The notes beneath the pieces were generated by a model. The model had not been told where the DNA came from. It did no database searches and saw only the letters and a list, made by a program, of their open reading frames with translations. From Candidatus Latescibacterota bacterium (GTDB lineage: Bacteria > Latescibacterota > UBA2968 > UBA8231), in the NCBI GenBank assembly GCA_963422735.1, contig OY730476.1, positions 3,104,001 through 3,168,000 on the forward strand: a stretch of DNA of 64,000 nt. The letters run 5' to 3'. The position numbers were made by a program, and so were the translations under genes. Positions 29,421 through 39,599 of the stretch are shown here, piece after piece. Each line of letters starts with the position of its first letter. The first letter of the stretch is position 1.

Positions 29421-30617
29421 ATGCGGGTGGCCTTGGCGGTCCTCTTGGCGGCGCAACCCGCAGTTGGCGTCAGCTTGTGGTCGAGTGCGGACGGGGATCG
29501 GTACTGGGCACTGGATACCGCGCTGAAGTGGACCTCGCTCTTGTCGCATGCCCCCGGATGGAGCGCGGCTGCGCTGGGCCGGGGGCGGCTGACGCTAAGG
29601 GGCCAAACAGCCGGGGATCTGCACGTGCGCTTGGCGTACGAGCAACGGGCGCGGGTGCGGTCCGCTGGAGACAGCCGGTACGCGGGTATATTGGTGCCGG
29701 AAGGGCACGCGCCGTATCGGATCAAGCAGCTCGACGAGGCGTTGGCGACGAGGGGCGCGACCTTTGCCTATCGGCACGAACTGGACCGTGTGCTCGTTGC
29801 TTGGCACTTGGGGCCGAGCGAGTTGCAGATTGGCCGCCAGGCCATTGGGTGGGGGCGCGGTGTACTCTTTGGCGCAGTGGACATCTTCGCGCCGTTTAAT
29901 CCCTTAGAGAGCGATCGCGAATGGCGGCGCGGCGTTGATGCGCTGCGCCTTTCCACGCCAATTGCGGATTATTTTTCGCTGGACGCGGTGGCTGCCTTTG
30001 GCTCGTCGCTTGACGAATCGGCCTTTGTCGGCCGGCTCTACGGCCACGTTAACGCACTCGACGGAGCGTTGCTGTTCGGCCGCCGCCGCCGCGATCTCTT
30101 TGCTGGGACAGCGGTGTCCACACGGGTTAAAGGTGCTGAAATGCACGGCGAATTGGCGTTGTTCAAGACCCCGGCAGCGGGCGAATTTGCGCTCAAGGCC
30201 CTTTTGGGCGGCTCGTACGCGTGGGATGCCCAGGGCGGCCTGTTGCTCATAGGCGAGTATCACTTCTCGGGCTTTGGGGTCGGGCACATTGCAAACCTGG
30301 GCGTGCGCCTCTTAGACGAGACGTACCGCTCCCGTCTGCTTGGAGGCGACGCTCAGATTTTGGGACGACACGCCGGGGCCTTGCAGCTATCGCAGGGGAT
30401 CACCGGTGCCTTGCCGCTGACGATGGGCTGGCTGTTCTCGCCGGTGGATGGCTCAGGGGTGCTAACAGGGTTGGCGACGTGGGCTTTCTCAGATGCGCTG
30501 ACGTTGGCGGTCAACGCGTACTGGCCTTATGGGAAGGAGCCAAGGGGAAGTGCGTTGCAGAGCGAGTACGGGGGCGCGGCCAAGAGCGGGCTGTTACAGG
30601 TTAGTTTTTATTATTAG
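29421..30617 (+). CDS. Putative outer-membrane beta-barrel associated with the Lol-like ABC operon
   Basis: Signal peptide, IGRQAIGWG, D.E.RRGVDALR, aromatic C-terminus SFYY. Confidence 0.65.
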   Translation: MRVALAVLLAAQPAVGVSLWSSADGDRYWALDTALKWTSLLSHAPGWSAAALGRGRLTLRGQTAGDLHVRLAYEQRARVRSAGDSRYAGILVPEGHAPYRIKQLDEALATRGATFAYRHELDRVLVAWHLGPSELQIGRQAIGWGRGVLFGAVDIFAPFNPLESDREWRRGVDALRLSTPIADYFSLDAVAAFGSSLDESAFVGRLYGHVNALDGALLFGRRRRDLFAGTAVSTRVKGAEMHGELALFKTPAAGEFALKALLGGSYAWDAQGGLLLIGEYHFSGFGVGHIANLGVRLLDETYRSRLLGGDAQILGRHAGALQLSQGITGALPLTMGWLFSPVDGSGVLTGLATWAFSDALTLAVNAYWPYGKEPRGSALQSEYGGAAKSGLLQVSFYY

Positions 30618-30754
30618 CGGAACTAGCGGATGTTGCGCTATTTCGTCCCGCATTCCAACCCTAGGTCCGCGCCCGATCCGGCTCCGAGACCCTAGTGCTG
30701 CGTAACATCAGTTATTAGTCGCGTTGGTGGGTTTCTCTTTGCCAAGGAATATGT

Positions 30755-31480
30755 ATGTCGCTTATCACCGTCATTGGCCGCGGCCACTCGGGCACACGCG
30801 CCATGGCGCACACCCTCTATGCTAGCGGTGTTTTTATGGGCCACACGCTCAACCGCTCGGGCGACAAGGTGCCGCCACACACGCTCTATGCAGCCTGCAA
30901 GGTCATGGCTAAATACGTCAAGTGGAAGGGGGGCTTGGAGTGGGATTTCGATGCCCTGCACAGCGAGAAAATCGACCCGGAATTCGAGGACCTGATTGGC
31001 GAATACCTGCAAGACATTGCGGCCGATCGCTCGGAGCACAAGGGTTGGAAGCTGCCCGAGACGACGTTGATTTACCCGTGGATTGTGCGGATGTTTCCCG
31101 ATATCCATTACGTTCACTGGATCCGCGATCCGCGCGACAGCATCATCGGCTGCCACAAGACCGATGACCTAGCGGACTTCGGCATCGAGTGCGAGCGCAC
31201 AGACGGCATCCGACGGAGGCGGGCCATTTCGTGGAAATACCAATACGAACTGATGAAGGCCACGCCCAAACCAAAGAAATGGATGTTGATGCGGTTCGAG
31301 GATTTTGTACTGAAGCAGGAGGAGGTGTTGCGGGAACTGGAGGTGTTTTTGGGGTTTGAGTTGGGCCGGATCGTGGTGCGGCGGGAGTCGATTGGGCGGT
31401 GGAAAACGGACCGAGAGCAGCACATGTTTGACTTTTTTAGGGATGCTATGAACGAAAACGGATACGAGGAGATGCCATGA
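30755..31480 (+). CDS. Sulfotransferase family protein
   Basis: IGRGHSGT (5'-PSB loop), GWKLP, WIRDPRD (3'-PB), RFEDFV. Confidence 0.8.
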   Translation: MSLITVIGRGHSGTRAMAHTLYASGVFMGHTLNRSGDKVPPHTLYAACKVMAKYVKWKGGLEWDFDALHSEKIDPEFEDLIGEYLQDIAADRSEHKGWKLPETTLIYPWIVRMFPDIHYVHWIRDPRDSIIGCHKTDDLADFGIECERTDGIRRRRAISWKYQYELMKATPKPKKWMLMRFEDFVLKQEEVLRELEVFLGFELGRIVVRRESIGRWKTDREQHMFDFFRDAMNENGYEEMP

Positions 31481-32301
31481 AAATCAGCTTTACGACGTTG
31501 GGCTGTCCAGATTGGGACTTGAATACCATTTGCCGCCGGGGCAGCGAATACGGCTACGATGGCGTCGATTTTCGCGGTTTGCAGGAGACGATGGACGTTA
31601 CCCAATTGCCCGCCTTCACCAGCGGGGTCGCCCATACCCGACGGCAGCTAGCAGATGCCGGCATGGAGGTGTCGGGGATCAGTTCCAGCATCCGGGTCTG
31701 TGTGCCGGAGAAGCTAAAGGAGAACGTAGAGGAAGCGCGGCGCTCGATCCCGGTGGCCAATGCGTTGGGCTGCGGAGCGATCCGGGTCTTTGGCGGCGGC
31801 GACTCCAAGACCTATTCCAAGGAGGAGCTGGCCGACATCGGGCGGGAGACGATGGAACAGATTCTCGAATTGGATGGAGCCTGCCAACTCAAGTGGCTTT
31901 TTGAGACCCACGATGAGTGGATCAAGGCGGTGGAGTGCAAGCTGCTGCTCGACCGCATTCCGAACGAGGCCTTCGGCGTACTCTGGGATATGGGCCATAC
32001 GGCGAGAGTGGGGAAGGAGTCGCCGGAGCAGACCTATCAGGCGGTAGGGCCGCGCATAGGTTATACCCACGTCAAAGACGCCGTCTATGACCCCCGGCAC
32101 ACTCAGGCGATGAGGGACGGTTGGCGCTACGTGCCGCCGGGTGCGGGCCAATTGCCCTTAGAGGGAGCAATAGCCCTGCTCAAGGGGCATGGTTACGACG
32201 GCTGGATCATGTTTGAGCACGAGAAGCGCTGGCACCCCGAACTGGAGTCGCCGGAGGAGATATTCCCGATTTTTTCAGCCTGGGTCAGACCGTTTCGGTG
32301 A
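31477..32301 (+). CDS. Sugar phosphate isomerase/epimerase (xylose isomerase-like TIM barrel)
   Basis: TTLGCPDW, ETHD, WDMGH, HVKD, EHEKRWHP. Confidence 0.88.
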   Translation: MKISFTTLGCPDWDLNTICRRGSEYGYDGVDFRGLQETMDVTQLPAFTSGVAHTRRQLADAGMEVSGISSSIRVCVPEKLKENVEEARRSIPVANALGCGAIRVFGGGDSKTYSKEELADIGRETMEQILELDGACQLKWLFETHDEWIKAVECKLLLDRIPNEAFGVLWDMGHTARVGKESPEQTYQAVGPRIGYTHVKDAVYDPRHTQAMRDGWRYVPPGAGQLPLEGAIALLKGHGYDGWIMFEHEKRWHPELESPEEIFPIFSAWVRPFR

Positions 32302-33611
32302 TGCAGTTACACTATCCCGAAATCGCCCTGCATGTGCCGACCTTGCTCCTACCGAGAGCAGACATTCCCCTCGAAACTTGGTCAGTCATTGCCTGTGACC
32401 AATACACCTCGCAGCCCGAATACTGGGAGGAAGTGCGGCGAATCGTCGGAGCCGACCCTTCGACACTACATCTGGTTTTCCCCGAAGCAAACCTCGAGTC
32501 GGTTTGCCGCGAACAGGCCGTCGCCCGCATTAACCAGCGGATGCAGGAGTATCTAAAAAGCGGCGTACTGGTGGAGCAGTGGCCCGGTTTTATGCTGGTG
32601 GAGCGCGAAGTGGGGCGCGCTGTGCCGCGCAAGGGACTGGTCGTCGCCTTGGACTTGGAGCAGTACGACTACCGAGACGGAGCGCAGAAGCTGATCCGCA
32701 CGACCGAGGGCACGGATCAGAGTCGGCTACCCCCGAGGATCCAAGTGCGGGAGAAGGCGTCGCTGGAAACGCCGCACATCATGGTGCTGATCGACGATCC
32801 GCAGCAGACAGTGATTGAGCCACTTGGCGAAAAAAACCTGAAGCAAGCCTACGACTTCGAGCTGATGCTAGGCGGCGGCAGACTTAGAGGCTGGCATATT
32901 GACGATGGGACGCTGATCGACGAAATCACCGGGCATATCGCCCGCCTCGCGTGTGGCGAACCGCCGCTGATCTACGCGCTGGGAGACGGCAACCACTCCT
33001 TTGCCACAGCGTGCGCCGTCTGGGAGCGGCTCAAGGCGGAGGCAGAGGACGAGCGCCAGATAATGAAGCACCCGGCGCGCTATGCCTTGGCCGAACTAGT
33101 CAATGTCCACGACGAGGGGTTGGAGTTTGCGCCCATCCATCGGGTGGTTTTTGGAGTAGATGTGGCCGATCTCTTGCGGGCGATGGAGGCACACTACACA
33201 GAGTGGGGATTTAGCCGTCGGACCTTTGCCGAGCGAGACGGGTGGGAGGCGGCCTGTCGCGAAACGGCCGTCGGTCCCGGGTACCACATTCCCTATGCAA
33301 GCGGAACAGAGCGCGGCCTGTTGAGCATCGCCAAGCCTAGCTTCCAGCTCGAAGTAGCGTCGTTGCAGGCCTTTTTGGACCACTACCTCGACGCGCATCC
33401 CCTCGCCCGCCTCGACTATATCCACGGCGAGGCCGTGTTAGAGAAGCTGGCCTCGATGTCGGACAGCATCGGCTTCTTCCTGCCGGCGATGGACAAGCGC
33501 GACTTGTTCAAGACTATCGTCATCGACGGGGCCACGCCGCGCAAGACGTTCTCGCTAGGCGAGGCCGCAGAGAAGCGCTACTACTTAGAGTGTCGGCGGC
33601 TAGTGCCGTGA
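32298..33611 (+). CDS. DUF1015 family protein
   Basis: WSVIACDQYTSQPEYW, IRTTEGT, GDGNHSFA, PRKTFSLG..EKRYYLECR. Confidence 0.88.
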   Translation: MMQLHYPEIALHVPTLLLPRADIPLETWSVIACDQYTSQPEYWEEVRRIVGADPSTLHLVFPEANLESVCREQAVARINQRMQEYLKSGVLVEQWPGFMLVEREVGRAVPRKGLVVALDLEQYDYRDGAQKLIRTTEGTDQSRLPPRIQVREKASLETPHIMVLIDDPQQTVIEPLGEKNLKQAYDFELMLGGGRLRGWHIDDGTLIDEITGHIARLACGEPPLIYALGDGNHSFATACAVWERLKAEAEDERQIMKHPARYALAELVNVHDEGLEFAPIHRVVFGVDVADLLRAMEAHYTEWGFSRRTFAERDGWEAACRETAVGPGYHIPYASGTERGLLSIAKPSFQLEVASLQAFLDHYLDAHPLARLDYIHGEAVLEKLASMSDSIGFFLPAMDKRDLFKTIVIDGATPRKTFSLGEAAEKRYYLECRRLVP

Positions 33612-33620
33612 GCGTTTGAG

Positions 33621-34475
33621 CTACCCGGAATAATCGTATTTCCGATTCCGGCCGATATAGTCAATCGGCCCATCGACAAATTCCGCTACCGTCTCCAACG
33701 CACTATCTGCAAACAGTTCTTCCGTCCCCTTGGGAAACAACAGAGGCTTCCCTGTATGCCACCAGCGCACCCAGTGGATCATGGCGATCATCGGGCGGGG
33801 CTGGTTGGTGTGGTTGGGCATGCCGCGATGCCAGAGGCGCATGTCGCGGACCAGTACGCTGCCGGCGGGCACACTCGGCTGTAGGGGTTTGCACTCGTCG
33901 CGGAGGCGTTCTTCGATTGCGGGTAGCAGCTTGATGTCGCCGTCGTTGAGGGCTCGGGTGGTGTCTAGGTGGGTGCCGGGCCACAGTTCGGTGCTGCCGT
34001 TTTCGGGTGTGGCATCGACGACGGGCACATTGACGACAATGCCGTAGGCCGGCGTCGCCACCTTGAGGTTGGGCCAGAGTTGGCCCGCGTCAACGTGGAG
34101 GGGTTGCTGGGTGGTGTTGGGCAGGCAGGTGTTGCCGCTGTAGAAGGCGTTTTTGACGCCCTCGCCGAGTACTGCCTGAGTTATTTCGACGACGAGGTCG
34201 TTGACCAACACGTCGCGGAAAAGGTAAGGCGGGCAGGGCGGCGGGTCCTGTTGCAGGTGACCGTTGTTGAACTGATAAGGGATGTCGGCGAGGGCGAGGA
34301 TCTTTTCGACATCGGCGAGCATGCACCCGCGCAACATTTCGATATGTGTGGGATCAATGGCGCGGTGGAGGACGACGAAGCCATCGTCGTGTAGGGCGAC
34401 GACGGCCTGTTGCAGGTGCCCCGGTTTTAGTTTGCGCGCACTATGTTCGGCCGCGCTCAATTCCAACTCGACCAT
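33621..34475 (-). CDS. Phytanoyl-CoA dioxygenase (PhyH) family protein
   Basis: DGFVVL, QPLHVD, NGSTELWPGTH, WHRGMPN. Start reassigned to ATG 34475. Confidence 0.88.
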   Translation of the reverse strand: MVELELSAAEHSARKLKPGHLQQAVVALHDDGFVVLHRAIDPTHIEMLRGCMLADVEKILALADIPYQFNNGHLQQDPPPCPPYLFRDVLVNDLVVEITQAVLGEGVKNAFYSGNTCLPNTTQQPLHVDAGQLWPNLKVATPAYGIVVNVPVVDATPENGSTELWPGTHLDTTRALNDGDIKLLPAIEERLRDECKPLQPSVPAGSVLVRDMRLWHRGMPNHTNQPRPMIAMIHWVRWWHTGKPLLFPKGTEELFADSALETVAEFVDGPIDYIGRNRKYDYSG

Positions 34476-34480
34476 AGCAT

Positions 34481-35470
34481 TCAGGCGCAGGTGGGGTCTT
34501 CGAACGGCCAGCGATTGAAGGAGGGCAAGTTTTCGCCGGCCAGTCTCTCTCGTGCATCGTACCACGATTGCGTCCAAGCCTCTGGGTCGCGCAGTTCGCT
34601 TTGGGGATCTTTGCGGCTGCGGGCGACAAAGCCGGGGAAAAGCGGCCGGCCAGTGGGCTGGCCAGTGGGGTTGTAGCGGAGGTCGAAGCTGATCCGCACC
34701 TGCTCGCTGACGTTGGGTAGCGACGAATGGCAAGTCCGCCGGTGCATGAAGAGCACATCGCCGCGCTTCATTTCGGCGGTGACGACGCGGTCGAGCGCTA
34801 GATCTTGGTCTCGGATAAAGTGGCCGACGCCCTTGAACAGGCAGTGGTGCAATAGCCCGTCGCGGTGGCTGCCGGCGACGACTTCGATACAGCCGTGCTC
34901 GCAAAAGGCATTGGTCAGCGGCACCCACACGGTGAGCATGTCGGCCTCGTCGGCCTCGGGCAGAACCACGCCATTATCTTGGTGCCAAGGCGTGGCACCG
35001 ACGGCGAAGCCAGCGATGCGACCGCGGTGGTCCTTGGGGATGCCGGGCAAGTACTGCTCGGGTGGTTTGATGCGGATGTGCTGGACGGGGTTAGAGTAGA
35101 TTTCCGGGCCGATGAGGTTCTCGATGATGTCGAGGAGCTTTTCGTTGCGCAGCATCGCAAAGGTGGCGGGGCCAACCGCAATGGGTGATTCCGTGCTGAT
35201 GCCGCCTTGGGGCAGCGAGATGTCGAAATGCTGGGCGTGAACGTGGCCAGTTTCGTTGTAGATTTGGCAGAGGCGCTCGTCAAAGCCGAGGTCGGTGTAC
35301 GTGGAGGCGATCTGACCTGCGGCGAGAAGCTCGTTGGCGAGGTTGTCGAGAACTGCGTCGTATTCGGCCAAGACGGGATCGATATCGGTGGTGGGATCGA
35401 GGAGGTCTTCGACGCAGACGAAGCCGTGCTCTCGGTAGTGGTCGAGTTGGGATGGGGTTAGTTGGGGCAT
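34481..35470 (-). CDS. PhyH family protein
   Basis: TPWHQD, TVWVPL, GSH, HSSLPN, RISFDLRY. Start reassigned to ATG 35470. Confidence 0.88.
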   Translation of the reverse strand: MPQLTPSQLDHYREHGFVCVEDLLDPTTDIDPVLAEYDAVLDNLANELLAAGQIASTYTDLGFDERLCQIYNETGHVHAQHFDISLPQGGISTESPIAVGPATFAMLRNEKLLDIIENLIGPEIYSNPVQHIRIKPPEQYLPGIPKDHRGRIAGFAVGATPWHQDNGVVLPEADEADMLTVWVPLTNAFCEHGCIEVVAGSHRDGLLHHCLFKGVGHFIRDQDLALDRVVTAEMKRGDVLFMHRRTCHSSLPNVSEQVRISFDLRYNPTGQPTGRPLFPGFVARSRKDPQSELRDPEAWTQSWYDARERLAGENLPSFNRWPFEDPTCA

Positions 35471-35497
35471 GGGTTGGCTTCCTGTGCCCTCGGCGCA

Positions 35498-35589
35498 TTG
35501 ACGAAGGCGACGGTCCATTTGCTCTATGGCCATCTGGGTTCGGGTAAGACCACTTTTGCTCGGGAGTTTGGAGAAAAGACTGGACTCAT
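35498..35589 (+). pseudogene. N-terminal remnant of an AAA_33-type P-loop kinase
   Basis: ATVHLLYGHLGSGKTTFAREF Walker A motif; homology ends where the mazF remnant begins. Confidence 0.45.
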
Positions 35590-36060
35590 CTACAGACCGA
35601 GACAATACCGAACTATAGCTTCCACCTTTTTCAAAGTTGCTCCTGAAACTCGGCCCGTTGCACTGTCTGGAAAGCGTTTTGAATCCAATGATCGAATCTG
35701 AAATCCGAGGAAAACGGTCTCCAAATCTAAGCCTGCTTCTGCTGGCCTCAGCCGAATGTTTGTAGGGGCTTGAGCCCTTTCACTGGGTTGAGATTCACAA
35801 AGTATATTTCACCACGCTCAATCGCCGTTAATCGTCCAGAGACCATCTTGCTCTGTGGCCGAGAACTCATGCTCAATTTCCTGAAGTTCCTTTGGGATTT
35901 CAGGACCAGTGGCATTTTACTTAAATTGAGCATCTTTATCAGTTTTACCAGAAGTATCAGTTCGTATCCGGTGGCTCACTCGCCCAATAAGCAGCAATTG
36001 CTCACCTAAAGACAAACGATAGATGTTTTCTTCGTTCAGTAAGAAGTGATGGCTCAGACG
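35590..36060 (-). pseudogene. Degraded antitoxin + PemK/MazF toxin pair
   Basis: Toxin IERGEIYFVNLNPVKG, then a deletion/frameshift, then PTNIRL...FQIRSLDSKRF...VRYCLGL-stop. Start appears as ACG. The upstream small ORF has an internal TAA. Confidence 0.7.
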
Positions 36061-36163
36061 TCCCGTTCCTCTTTGATAGACTGCTCTACTGGGGATGATC
36101 GGAAGTTCAACAAAGACCTCTCGAAAGTCAAGAAACGCTCCTTTACCCTGATTGGAGTCCGCC

Positions 36164-37387
36164 ATGAAACTCAACCGCGACGAATTTCTGGAAACCGGCT
36201 ACCTCATCGTCAAGGAAGCTGTGCAGCGCGACAAGCTCGAACGCGTCCGACAGGCGTACGAGACGCTCGTCAACCGCCAGCGCGAGAATTGGAAGGCCGA
36301 GCGTGCGGAAAATGATCCACCGGAAGGCGTATGGGAGACCGCGCCGCAGCCTCGTCTGCAACTCTCAAGACCGCCGCTCGTCAATCAGATCGACCCGGAG
36401 ACCGCACCGGCGGTTGAGGTATGGCTTGAAGAGAACATCCATGGGGTCAGCACAGAACTCCTCAATATAGCGGACGGGGCCGTCACAGAAATGATGATGA
36501 TGTGCAACCCCGTCAGGGATCATGGCCCGGCAAAGTGGCACCGCGATCTCCATCCGATTGACACGGCGCCGCTCCAAGGCTATATCGACGACATCCTCGA
36601 AGGAGGCCCGCGTTACGTCCAATGGAACATCCCGCTATACGACGATAGCGTCCTTTGGGTGATACCGGGCAGCCATCTGCGGCCGAACACGCCCGAAGAG
36701 AACGAAGTGATGTTGGCAGATCCTCGCTGCCCGTTGCCCAATGGTGTGCAGACCCACCTTGAAGCCGGTGACGGCGTCGTCTATATCCTCCCAATCCTCC
36801 ACTGGGGCAGCAACTACAACCCCAAAATGCGGCGAACCGTTCACGGTGGTTTCTCGACCTATACTTCAATCGATGAACTCTCGTTTACCGACCATATCTC
36901 CACAGACGCCCAGGCAGCGTTCGCGCGCTGGAACGACCGCAGTGAGAAGATGGAGCAGCATACGGAATTGGCTCTGCGGGCCGTTCTCGCGGGAGATGGA
37001 GCCGAGTATCTGAGCACCCTAGACGGCCTCCATCCGGAGCGAGTCGAGAAAGGCAGAATTCTGTCAACGGTCTTTCTCTGCAAAGCAGCACTTGGGATTC
37101 GACTACAAAAGGATCCTCCACTGCGTGGAATCGCCGAAGATCTCCAACATCGCGTTCTTGGGAAGCACCCTATCACGCTCAACTGGGGGCCGAAGTTCGC
37201 CGATCGATTTACCCCGGATGAGGCGTACTTACTTTGGAATCGCTTCAGTCCGCTCGAGGCCTTGCTCCAAGCGGACGAGGAACACTTTGTGCCGGGCTTC
37301 CAGGCCACCCCGATGAAGCACTACTTCAACGAGATGCCCGCAGATTATGGGGCGGCGGACTTCATCGCCAGTTGGACGGGCACGTGA
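36164..37387 (+). CDS. PhyH family protein with C-terminal extension
   Basis: FLETGYLIV, WHRD, QWNIPLYDD, PGSH, LHWGSNY. Confidence 0.82.
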   Translation: MKLNRDEFLETGYLIVKEAVQRDKLERVRQAYETLVNRQRENWKAERAENDPPEGVWETAPQPRLQLSRPPLVNQIDPETAPAVEVWLEENIHGVSTELLNIADGAVTEMMMMCNPVRDHGPAKWHRDLHPIDTAPLQGYIDDILEGGPRYVQWNIPLYDDSVLWVIPGSHLRPNTPEENEVMLADPRCPLPNGVQTHLEAGDGVVYILPILHWGSNYNPKMRRTVHGGFSTYTSIDELSFTDHISTDAQAAFARWNDRSEKMEQHTELALRAVLAGDGAEYLSTLDGLHPERVEKGRILSTVFLCKAALGIRLQKDPPLRGIAEDLQHRVLGKHPITLNWGPKFADRFTPDEAYLLWNRFSPLEALLQADEEHFVPGFQATPMKHYFNEMPADYGAADFIASWTGT

Positions 37388-37453
37388 TCTAACCTTAGTT
37401 CCGCCGACAACCCGCGCTTGCGCGACCAGCAACATCAACCGGGAGAGACGAAA

Positions 37454-38473
37454 ATGAGCCAACTCAGCATCGGCGTCGCCGGGCTTGGCCACGGCAGCAC
37501 GCTACTTGGTGCCAACCAGCCAGAAAACAGCACCCTGCCGATCCGCGTCACCGCTTTGTGCGATACGCAGCAGGACAAGCTCGAAGCACTCGGCCGCGAA
37601 TGCGGAATCGACGCCTTGACATCTGATTTCGACGAGCTGGTCGCGCACAGCGACCTCGATATCATCGGCATCTACACGCCCGGACCGCTCCATGCCCAGC
37701 AGATATTGACCGCGCTCGCCGCAGGCAAACACGTGATGGTCACCAAGTCGATGGTGTACACAATGGAAGAAGTGGAGCAGGTTGTGGAAGCTGTTGACAG
37801 ATCCGGCAAGGTGCTGCTCGTCACGCAGAGTCTGCGCGGCCGGTATGACTTTATCGAAGCAAAGTGCGCCTGCGACGCTGGAGAGATCGGCGAGATATTC
37901 ATGGCCGAAGCCCACTATGTTCACGATCTTCGCCCGGTCTATGACTACTCCCCTTGGCGAGTCGAGATGCCGCAAGACCTGATTCTGGGCGGTGCCTGCC
38001 ACCCGATTGATCTTCTGCGCTGGTTCATGGGCGACATCGACGAAGTCCACTGTTACGGGCTACGCAGCGGCGTCTCACCGGGCTATCCCCAAGAGGACAA
38101 CTTCGTCATCAACGCGAAGTTCACATCTGGGAAAATCGGACGCATTGCAAGCTTACTCGGCATCATACACCCGCACGACGTCCCGATGAATAGCCTGAGC
38201 ATCTATGGGACCCGTGGCACAATCCTCAACGGCGTAAAGAGCCTCGATCCAACCGGCGACCTGCCCGTACGCAAGGTCACAGCCGAGTTTTCATCCATGC
38301 GGGGACACGCCGGAGAGATGATCGTCATGCTGCGGCACATGGCCGATTGCGTCCTGAACGGCACAAAGCCCTGGGTTGGCGTCCGCGAGGGGGCCAGGGT
38401 TGTCGCCACAGGGCTTGCGTGTTGGGCCTCCCTCAGATCGGGGATGCCGGAGAAAGTGCGGAATGACTTCTGA
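37454..38473 (+). CDS. Gfo/Idh/MocA oxidoreductase
   Basis: GVAGLG, TPGPLH, GKHVMVTK, HPIDLLRW. Confidence 0.88.
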   Translation: MSQLSIGVAGLGHGSTLLGANQPENSTLPIRVTALCDTQQDKLEALGRECGIDALTSDFDELVAHSDLDIIGIYTPGPLHAQQILTALAAGKHVMVTKSMVYTMEEVEQVVEAVDRSGKVLLVTQSLRGRYDFIEAKCACDAGEIGEIFMAEAHYVHDLRPVYDYSPWRVEMPQDLILGGACHPIDLLRWFMGDIDEVHCYGLRSGVSPGYPQEDNFVINAKFTSGKIGRIASLLGIIHPHDVPMNSLSIYGTRGTILNGVKSLDPTGDLPVRKVTAEFSSMRGHAGEMIVMLRHMADCVLNGTKPWVGVREGARVVATGLACWASLRSGMPEKVRNDF

Positions 38474-38500
38474 GAGGTTGAAACTTTCGCTCTCACGGCT

Positions 38501-38563
38501 TTAGAAGCTGTCTGCAAACCCCTCGCGGGCAGGACAGGCGCGGTGAAGCAGAAAGCTTCTTAG
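38501..38563 (+). repeat. Palindromic element copy 3 (partial), inside an outer inverted repeat
   Basis: ggcaggacaggcgcggtgaagc (38528-38549) matches the right arm of copy 1. Flanked by agaagct...agcttct. Confidence 0.55.
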
Positions 38564-38576
38564 ATGGGAAACTTTC

Positions 38577-39566
38577 ATGCCCGTTTGTATTCCCAAAGAC
38601 GCTAGGCGCGTAATGCCGGATCGGTTGCGCGATTTTGCCACTGAAGTATTGAGCAAAGTCCATTTGCCCGATGGCGATGCTGCGCTGATTGCGCGCTATT
38701 TGGTGGATGTGGATTTGCGCGGTGTGGTCTCCCACGGCACTCGCCAGTTGCAACGGTATGTGGCTGAGTTTCGAGAAGGGCGTATTAACCCACATCCCGA
38801 AGTCGCCCAAATCATGGATGCCCCTTCAATGGCGATTTTTGACGGCGACGGCGGTGCGGGTTATCTGGTGGCAACGCGAGCAACAGAGGCGGTCATTGAA
38901 AGGGCAAAAGCAAATGGCATTGCCGTTGCGTGTACGCGCAATCACGGGCATGTGGGCAGCGTGGGGATTTATGCGCGGCTGGCACTAACACGCGATTTGG
39001 CGACCTTTTCCGTGGCAGGAGGTATCGCTTGGGAAAAACCAACGCGTCCCGATGCAACGGTGTGGGATGCAATACATGCACCCCCGATGTGTTTTGGCAT
39101 TCCAACGGCAGAAAACCCGCCTTTTGTGCTGGATATGAATGCGAACATGTTGAAAGATCGCAGCAAGCTCGCCGAAGCATTGCAGACATTTCCAGACTTT
39201 ATTTTTAAAAGTTTGGGAATGCGATTTACGTCGTGGTTCTTGGCGGGCATTTTAGCGGGCACAGCGACCCCTGAATCGCGCAACCCAAAATTCTCAAGTG
39301 CCACGCGGGGATTTACGATTGTGGCGATTGATGCGGCGCGATTGGGCGATTTGGAGGCTTATAAGGCAGAGATTTCTCGCATTTTACGCGAGAGCCGGTC
39401 GCTGAACCCCATGCCGGGTTTGGCAAATGCCGAAGTCCCCGGCAGCTTGGAATGGCAACGCGAACAAGTACATACGCAAAGAGGTATTCCACTGACTGAA
39501 GAACATCTCGACGTGTTGCAGCACATTGCCACAGAGATCAATGTGCCCGTCCCCTGGGAGTCGTAA
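38577..39566 (+). CDS. Ldh_2 family (type 2 malate/L-lactate/sulfolactate dehydrogenase-like) oxidoreductase
   Basis: DLRGVVSHG, FDGDGG, RNHGHVG, VPGSLEW. Confidence 0.85.
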   Translation: MPVCIPKDARRVMPDRLRDFATEVLSKVHLPDGDAALIARYLVDVDLRGVVSHGTRQLQRYVAEFREGRINPHPEVAQIMDAPSMAIFDGDGGAGYLVATRATEAVIERAKANGIAVACTRNHGHVGSVGIYARLALTRDLATFSVAGGIAWEKPTRPDATVWDAIHAPPMCFGIPTAENPPFVLDMNANMLKDRSKLAEALQTFPDFIFKSLGMRFTSWFLAGILAGTATPESRNPKFSSATRGFTIVAIDAARLGDLEAYKAEISRILRESRSLNPMPGLANAEVPGSLEWQREQVHTQRGIPLTEEHLDVLQHIATEINVPVPWES

Positions 39567-39599
39567 ATGGGCAATAACCCTGCGATGCGCGGACCGCAC

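Noticed and set aside
34476-34928. 150-aa N-terminal extension of ORF 33621-34928
   Set aside because: It overlaps the upstream PhyH gene in another frame. The real start is ATG 34475.
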